DNA from: an uncultured Bacilli bacterium
GTDB taxonomy: Bacteria > Bacillota_I > Bacilli_A > RF39 > UBA660
Direction of reading: 5' to 3'
Length of the DNA: 64,000 nt
Assembly (NCBI GenBank): GCA_934086955.1
Contig: CAKOIN010000004.1
Location: 46,719-110,718, forward strand
Positions 58,144-64,000 of the stretch are shown piece by piece. Within the stretch, counting starts at the first letter, position 1. Each line of letters opens with the position of its first letter. The notes below the pieces were generated by a model. That model saw nothing but the letters and a program-made list of their open reading frames with translations, ran no database searches and was not told the DNA's origin. Both the position numbers and the translations under genes were made by a program.

Positions 58144-59670
58144 TTTTTCTTCAATTCTATTAAATAATATTGTTGATTCATTAAGCTTAATATCAGTTTC
58201 CAAATTACCAAATTCTAATGTATCAAAATCAATATTATTAGTATTTAACATATTAAATACTTTATCACAAGTATCTGGTATATAAGGTCTTAATAATACA
58301 GTAGCAATTCTAATACCTTCAAGTAAATTATAAAGTACAGTTTTAAGTCTATCTGATTTAGTTTCATCCTTAGCAAGTATCCAAGGAGTAGTATCATCAA
58401 TATACTTATTACATTTCTTTAATAATTCAAATATACTTTCAAGAGCTTCATTAACTTTTAATGAATCCATCTTTTCATATACAATACTAGGTAATTCTTT
58501 AGCATAATTAATTACTGAATTATCTACTTCTTCATATACATTTGGATTAGTAACAACAGAATCAAAATATTTCTTACTCATTGCGATTGTTCTATTAACT
58601 AAATTACCATAAGTATTAACAAGATCACTATTTGTTCTAGAAATTAATGCATCTTCTGAAAAGTTACCATCATTACCAAAAGGTACTTCTCTTAAAGCAA
58701 AATATCTAACAGCATCTACTCCATAAGAACTAATATATTCTCTTGGGTCTTTATAATTACCTAATGATTTAGAAATTTTACCACCATCAATAATTAACCA
58801 ACCATGACCAAATACTTGTTTAGGTAAATCTATACCTAAACTCATACACATACAAGGCCAAATAATTGTATGAAATCTTACTATTTCTTTACCAACTAAA
58901 TGTAAATCAGCAGGCCAATATTTATTAAACTTTTCAGTGTTTTCTGGATAACCAAGTGATGTAATATAGTTAGATAATGCATCTACCCATACATAAATAA
59001 CATGCTTAGTATCAAAACTAACAGGTATTCCCCAAGTAAATGATGTTCTAGAAACACATAAGTCAGAAAGACCTGGGTTAATAAAGTTATTTAACATTTC
59101 ATTCTTTCTACTAAGTGGAAGTATAAAATTAGGATTATCTTCATAAAACTTAACTAATTTATCTTGATATTTAGATAATTTAAAGAAATATGCTTCTTCA
59201 CTTACTTCGTGTACTTCTCTATGACAATCAGGACACATACCATTTTCATCAAGTTGACTTTCAGTCCAGAATGATTCGCAAGGTGTACAATAAAGTCCTT
59301 TATATTCTCCTTTATAAATGTCACCTTTATCATACATTATCTTAAAAATCTCTTGAACTCTTCTCTCATGATCACTATCAGTTGTTCTAATGAAATAATC
59401 ATAAGAAATATTTAAACTCTTCCATAAATCCTTAGCATTATCAATAATAGGATTTATATAATCAATTGGACTTACACCAGCATCTTGTGCTTTCTTTTCA
59501 ATCTTTTGACCATGTTCATCTGTACCTGTTTGAAAAAACACATCATATCCTTTTAATCTTTTATATCTAGCAATTGCATCAGCTATAATAGTTGTATAAC
59601 AATGCCCAATATGAAAATCAGCACTAGGATAATATATAGGTGTTGTAATATAAAATTTTTCTTTTTCCAT
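58141..59670 (-). CDS. metG: Methionyl-tRNA synthetase (short form lacking the C-terminal tRNA-binding domain)
   Basis: HIGH motif 'DFHIGHCYT', KMSKS 'GGKISKSLGN', Zn knuckle 'CTPCE...CPDCH'; AAGGAGGAAUU RBS; T-box leader upstream. Confidence 0.95.
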   Translation of the reverse strand: MEKEKFYITTPIYYPSADFHIGHCYTTIIADAIARYKRLKGYDVFFQTGTDEHGQKIEKKAQDAGVSPIDYINPIIDNAKDLWKSLNISYDYFIRTTDSDHERRVQEIFKIMYDKGDIYKGEYKGLYCTPCESFWTESQLDENGMCPDCHREVHEVSEEAYFFKLSKYQDKLVKFYEDNPNFILPLSRKNEMLNNFINPGLSDLCVSRTSFTWGIPVSFDTKHVIYVWVDALSNYITSLGYPENTEKFNKYWPADLHLVGKEIVRFHTIIWPCMCMSLGIDLPKQVFGHGWLIIDGGKISKSLGNYKDPREYISSYGVDAVRYFALREVPFGNDGNFSEDALISRTNSDLVNTYGNLVNRTIAMSKKYFDSVVTNPNVYEEVDNSVINYAKELPSIVYEKMDSLKVNEALESIFELLKKCNKYIDDTTPWILAKDETKSDRLKTVLYNLLEGIRIATVLLRPYIPDTCDKVFNMLNTNNIDFDTLEFGNLETDIKLNESTILFNRIEEK

Positions 59671-59870
59671 AATTCCTCCTTATAAATAAAAAAGTCATAA
59701 ACTAAGGACGATATAAAACCGCGGTACCACCTTAATTCATGACTAACATGCAACTTAATATTTAACGCATATATACGATTTGACTCCAGAACCATTTAAA
59801 AGAACCATCATATTAGTTTACACCAAACACTAACTCTCTATAAATCAAGTATCTTCTTCTTTCCTTCTTC
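59671..59870 (-). promoter_or_regulatory. T-box riboswitch leader (Met specifier) controlling metG
   Basis: Minus-strand T-box sequence AAUUAAGGUGGUACCGCGG (reverse complement of 59719-59737). A 15-bp terminator helix (59730-59744 pairing 59693-59707) is followed by UUUUUU, then RBS and AUG. Stem I region has AGAGAG and a candidate specifier 'AAUAUGAUG' (AUG followed by a purine). Confidence 0.8.
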
Positions 59871-59915
59871 ATCAATTACAATAGATTTTAACATAAAATA
59901 TATTAAATGTCTATA

Positions 59916-62357
59916 CTAAATATCATTTCTAGATAATATTTTAGCTGGAGTTTTACTAACAATTCCAATAACAGGTAAAAGACCAATTAATATATTAAAT
60001 ACATAAATAAATAATACAATACCAATAAATATAAAACCATTCATATAATAATTATTAGAAATATATTGAATCTTTGATAATTGACTAATAACATAAGTCA
60101 TAAATACAACACCCAACATACTAAATATACTAGTAATTGTAAATATCTCTCCAAAAAACATCTTATAAATATCAATTTTCTTCATACCGATTGCTCTAAA
60201 AATACCAACTTCTTTTATTCTAGATAAGAATGATGATCTAACAATTAAATATATCTCAATTAATGATACAGACATAATTATTATTGCAAATATAACATTT
60301 GATTTAGCAGCAATTCTTCTATCTTTAATATAATTACTTTTACTATAATTATAAGAATCTCTAATATTAAGTTTTAAATCACTATATTTTTTTAATGCAG
60401 CATCTTTATCTTTAGCATATATAACAAATCCATCATTATTTCTTATATTATTATATTTAATAGTATTATTATTTACAAAATAATAGTCTATATCAATATT
60501 AGATGAAGTATAATATCCAACTACTTTTAATTTATTATCATTAACTTTATAATCTAGATATTTACCTATTTTATATTCCTCACTATGAATTTCATTTATA
60601 ATAACTTCATAATCATTAACAGGATAATTACCTTTTTTTAACTTTATACTATCTTTGTATAATTCATAATCAAATAATAAATTATTACTTACTTCTTCTT
60701 CAACATAACTTCCATATATAGTACTAGTAACACTTTTACTAAGAGAAATTATATTAGTAAATTCACTTTCATAAGTATATATTGATGGACTATTTGTATT
60801 ACTAATACCAACTATTGTATATTTTAAATTTCCTAAATATATTTGTCTATTTAACATATCTCCAACAGTTAATACACCAGCATTTTTAACACTAACACTA
60901 GGATTCAATAAAATATTATCATAAATCATTTTATCAATTACAACTTCATTCTTGTTTTTAGCAATTCTTCCATTAATTATATCTTGACTGCTTAACATAT
61001 TAATACTTGATAATGACCCCATCATATTAAACTCATAATCGCTTGTTTGATGAAAATCATTAATTTCAAAACTAAAATTAACTGTACTTTTACCAGGAAT
61101 AACATAATTAACATTAGGATCCCTCTCAATATCTTCGATTTCCTTTGTTGTTACATTCATTTTATCAACAACTAAATAATTTTTATTTAAAGTAACAAAA
61201 TCACTATCATTAATATTATTAACTGAAAATAATGAAGAAGCCGAATATGTAACAAAAATACCAGATACAAAAAATCCAAATAATAATACTTTCTTTATAA
61301 AAGAATAATTTCTAATTTTAGAAAATCCATTTTTAATAGAATTAAATATATTATATACTGATGAATATTTTTTCTTATAATTATTATCTATAATTTCATG
61401 AAAATCAAAATTATATTCATTATAAATATTTTTTGATATTTTTTGATAATGATCATTAACAAGTTCTATACCAGAATTTGAATCAATAACATCTACTTTA
61501 TTTTTACTTTTAATATATATATTTCCATTTTGAACAACAATTGTTATGTCTAGTTTATTATCTGAATCACTATAATAATCTATATTTACATTTTCATTAT
61601 CTATATTTTTATGATTTTTCATATCAAGTAAATATACTTTATTATCCATTTTATAATCCAGATCAATATCATGACTATTAGTTTCATCACTTACAATAGT
61701 TCCATCTTCTATTTTTAATATTCTAGAAGCATAAAACATCGCAAGTTCACTTTCGTGAGTTACTAATATAACAAGCCTATCTTTTGATATTGCTTTTATT
61801 ATATTCATAATTTCAATAGTATTTTTACTATCTAAATTACCAGTTGGTTCATCAGCAATAATAATACTTGGATCCTTAACAATAGCTCTTGCTATACCAA
61901 CTCTTTGTCTTTCACCACCAGAAAGCATAGATGCAGCTCTATTTCTATATCTATACATTCCAACTTTCTCTAAAACAAAGTTAACTCTCTTCTTTATTTC
62001 TTCTTTATTTTTAATACCACATAGCTTTAATGATAAAGCAACATTATCAAATACAGACATATCATCAACTAAATAATAATCTTGAAAAATATAACCTATA
62101 TTTAAGTTTCTAATTTTATCTACAGAATGACTACTTCTTTTAGAAATTCTTTCACCATTAATATAAATAGAACCACTATTAATAGTATCAAGACCACCTA
62201 TTGCATTCAATAATGTAGTTTTACCACAACCAGAAGGTCCAAGTAAAGCTACAAGACCAGTATCATCAAGTTTTAAACTTGTATTATTAATAACATGAAT
62301 TTCATTCTTTTTTCTTCTATAAAAATATTTATTAACATTCTTAAGTTCAATCATCAT
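59916..62357 (-). CDS. Fused ABC transporter ATPase–FtsX-like permease (MacB-type)
   Basis: 'GPSGCGKTTLLNAIGGLD', 'LSGGERQRVGIARAI', 'IIIADEPTGNLD'; C-terminal four-TM FtsX-like region. Confidence 0.8.
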   Translation of the reverse strand: MMIELKNVNKYFYRRKKNEIHVINNTSLKLDDTGLVALLGPSGCGKTTLLNAIGGLDTINSGSIYINGERISKRSSHSVDKIRNLNIGYIFQDYYLVDDMSVFDNVALSLKLCGIKNKEEIKKRVNFVLEKVGMYRYRNRAASMLSGGERQRVGIARAIVKDPSIIIADEPTGNLDSKNTIEIMNIIKAISKDRLVILVTHESELAMFYASRILKIEDGTIVSDETNSHDIDLDYKMDNKVYLLDMKNHKNIDNENVNIDYYSDSDNKLDITIVVQNGNIYIKSKNKVDVIDSNSGIELVNDHYQKISKNIYNEYNFDFHEIIDNNYKKKYSSVYNIFNSIKNGFSKIRNYSFIKKVLLFGFFVSGIFVTYSASSLFSVNNINDSDFVTLNKNYLVVDKMNVTTKEIEDIERDPNVNYVIPGKSTVNFSFEINDFHQTSDYEFNMMGSLSSINMLSSQDIINGRIAKNKNEVVIDKMIYDNILLNPSVSVKNAGVLTVGDMLNRQIYLGNLKYTIVGISNTNSPSIYTYESEFTNIISLSKSVTSTIYGSYVEEEVSNNLLFDYELYKDSIKLKKGNYPVNDYEVIINEIHSEEYKIGKYLDYKVNDNKLKVVGYYTSSNIDIDYYFVNNNTIKYNNIRNNDGFVIYAKDKDAALKKYSDLKLNIRDSYNYSKSNYIKDRRIAAKSNVIFAIIIMSVSLIEIYLIVRSSFLSRIKEVGIFRAIGMKKIDIYKMFFGEIFTITSIFSMLGVVFMTYVISQLSKIQYISNNYYMNGFIFIGIVLFIYVFNILIGLLPVIGIVSKTPAKILSRNDI

Positions 62358-64000
62358 TACACCTCTTCCCTATATGTATTCATAACAGAATTCTTAAATA
62401 ACTTTCTAGAATATCTATTAGAAATAAGAAGTGTCATTACCATTAAACAAATATACATAATTACATAATTACCAAAAGTTAAATAATCACAAGATTCTTT
62501 AATATTTTGTAAATTAATAACTCCAAAATAATTAAGTAAAACATATATCGTAAATACTATAAAAGCAGTATGAGATATAGTAAGTAACTCTATTTTAAGT
62601 AAATCACTAGTGGCCTTTGATGAAGAACCAAGTATTCTAAGAGTTGAATAATATACATTTCTAGACTTTAATATCAATCTTATTATAAAATATGAAATAA
62701 AGAATAAGAAAATCAATAATAATGTTAATGCACATAACATAACAATTCTAATAATATATGAAAAAGCATTATCTGTAGTTAATGTATCAACTAGATATAA
62801 TGTCTTATATCCCATATCATTAAGTTCAACAATAGTTTTTCTAACATCTTTAACATTTAAAACAAACACTGAACTTTGAAAATATTCTTCACTAAATAAT
62901 GAATCATAATCTTTATCATTAATAAATATACAATTATTATAGTTTTCATAGTTATATCCAGTAAGATTTGTAAAATTCTTTTTATCAGTATTACCAATTA
63001 CAGTATAATTAGTATTTTTATTAAAATACATATTTGAAATATTAATTTTAAAAGATTCATTCTTACAATTATTATCTTTACATCTATAACTATACTCTTC
63101 AGGTATTAGTACCTTACCTTTTGAAACTTTACTACTGGGTAATATTTCATATTTATATGATTGATAATATGAAGTATTATCTACACCCATAAAACTATAC
63201 TTTACATTACTAGCCGCTCTATTAAGATTCTTATTAAGATCATCTTGAAACTTGCTAGGAATATAAAAATGTACATCATAATCATTATCATAATCATCTC
63301 TACATATAATACCAACAATTTTTACCACATATTTCTTATTATATGTAGTAAGATTTTCAACAACAAATTCAGTATTTAATTTATTCTTACTTAAACTTTT
63401 AAAATAAAAATTATCTTTACTCATTTCAATTACAACTTCATCATCCTTTTTAGGAAGATCACCATAATCTACTTCATTAATAAATGATAAACTTGATACT
63501 TTACCAGAAAGATAATAATTATCACTTGATAAAACTAAACTAGTTTCAACAAGCAAATCATTTTTAACAACATAATCAACATTAGATAATTTTTCTATAT
63601 TCTTATAATCTTCATCAGTTATACTAGTTTTATCATTTTTTCTTATTATAATTCTTTTATCATTGTTATATGAAAAGAACATATTATATCCATTAGTACT
63701 AGCCTCATATTCTACTTGTTTAAATGAAGAATATGAAAAAAATATAGATGATAATACAAATAAATATACAGCAAATATTAATATGAATTTAGAAAATATA
63801 TTAAATGCATTTCTTACACCTAATCTGATCTTATTAGATAATTTAATATCACTAAAATCAGTAACATTACTTTCAGTTACTTTTTCATAATCTCTAATCT
63901 TTTGATCATTAATAACTTTACCATCATGCATAGTAATCTTTCTAGTTACATACTTTTCTATTTGATCATAATTATGAGTTACTACTATTACAAGTTTATC
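62357..64000 (-). CDS. Second fused ABC ATPase–FtsX-like permease, 5' end beyond the window; the ORF-track ATG at 63931 is internal
   Basis: Hand translation upstream of 63931 stays open to position 64000 and reads '...DKLVIVVTHNYDQIEKYVTRKIT-MHDGKV', an ABC H-loop/D-loop tail; the C-terminus has FtsX-like TM helices. Confidence 0.7.
   Translation of the reverse strand, partial: DKLVIVVTHNYDQIEKYVTRKITMHDGKVINDQKIRDYEKVTESNVTDFSDIKLSNKIRLGVRNAFNIFSKFILIFAVYLFVLSSIFFSYSSFKQVEYEASTNGYNMFFSYNNDKRIIIRKNDKTSITDEDYKNIEKLSNVDYVVKNDLLVETSLVLSSDNYYLSGKVSSLSFINEVDYGDLPKKDDEVVIEMSKDNFYFKSLSKNKLNTEFVVENLTTYNKKYVVKIVGIICRDDYDNDYDVHFYIPSKFQDDLNKNLNRAASNVKYSFMGVDNTSYYQSYKYEILPSSKVSKGKVLIPEEYSYRCKDNNCKNESFKINISNMYFNKNTNYTVIGNTDKKNFTNLTGYNYENYNNCIFINDKDYDSLFSEEYFQSSVFVLNVKDVRKTIVELNDMGYKTLYLVDTLTTDNAFSYIIRIVMLCALTLLLIFLFFISYFIIRLILKSRNVYYSTLRILGSSSKATSDLLKIELLTISHTAFIVFTIYVLLNYFGVINLQNIKESCDYLTFGNYVIMYICLMVMTLLISNRYSRKLFKNSVMNTYREEV

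Noticed and set aside
1-64000. Mollicute (Mycoplasma-like) origin suggested by very low GC and the DUF285 repeats
   Set aside because: Standard code is used (Trp in the YAWF motif is TGG, and long ORFs terminate at TGA/TAA/TAG). Sortase, SipW, collagen-like/BclA-type genes and a T-box leader all fit a walled Firmicute (Clostridia-like).

Overview
This is a very AT-rich window (about a quarter GC by eye) using the standard genetic code; Trp in conserved motifs is TGG and TGA/TAA/TAG act as stops. The gene content points to a Firmicutes, Clostridia-like chromosome: class B sortase, ER-type SipW signal peptidases with 'YAWF'-type substrates, and a T-box leader upstream of metG. Most genes lie on the minus strand, and the window is dominated by cell-surface and appendage loci. 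Locus A1 (4318..13808) encodes a type-IV-pilin-like protein, a class B sortase, two small anchored secreted proteins, a 1377-aa Cys-rich secreted giant and a C39-like peptidase. Locus A2 (1..4235) is an adjacent Tad/Cpa-like module with a membrane-anchored GH3 hexosaminidase, two CpaB paralogs, a CpaF/TadA ATPase and a partial membrane protein. Locus B (21370..39719) has two SipW peptidases, five paralogous TasA-like subunits sharing a conserved C-terminal motif, a pilin-like DUF285 protein and a 2443-aa LRR surface giant. Embedded in locus B, and most unusually, is a membrane-anchored McrB-like AAA+ NTPase with a roughly 370-aa partner. Locus C (42396..50894) has a Thr-rich collagen-like (BclA-like) protein with a GT2-TPR glycosyltransferase, a third SipW with two TasA-like proteins, a YfhO-family membrane protein, and a protein made of tandem Ca-binding TSP3-like repeats fused to a TasA-like C-terminal domain. 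Housekeeping and transport genes are also present: pcrA, metG with a Met T-box leader, an HD hydrolase, a NitT/TauT-type ABC importer, an ABC-2-like exporter next to a small secreted protein, a PadR–DUF1700 operon, a TraX protein, and two tandem fused ABC-ATPase/FtsX permeases, the last truncated at the window end. The ORF track used GTG/TTG starts for several genes; I re-called starts to internal ATG or GTG codons with Shine-Dalgarno support where possible. All domain calls are from reading motifs by eye, with no searches run.
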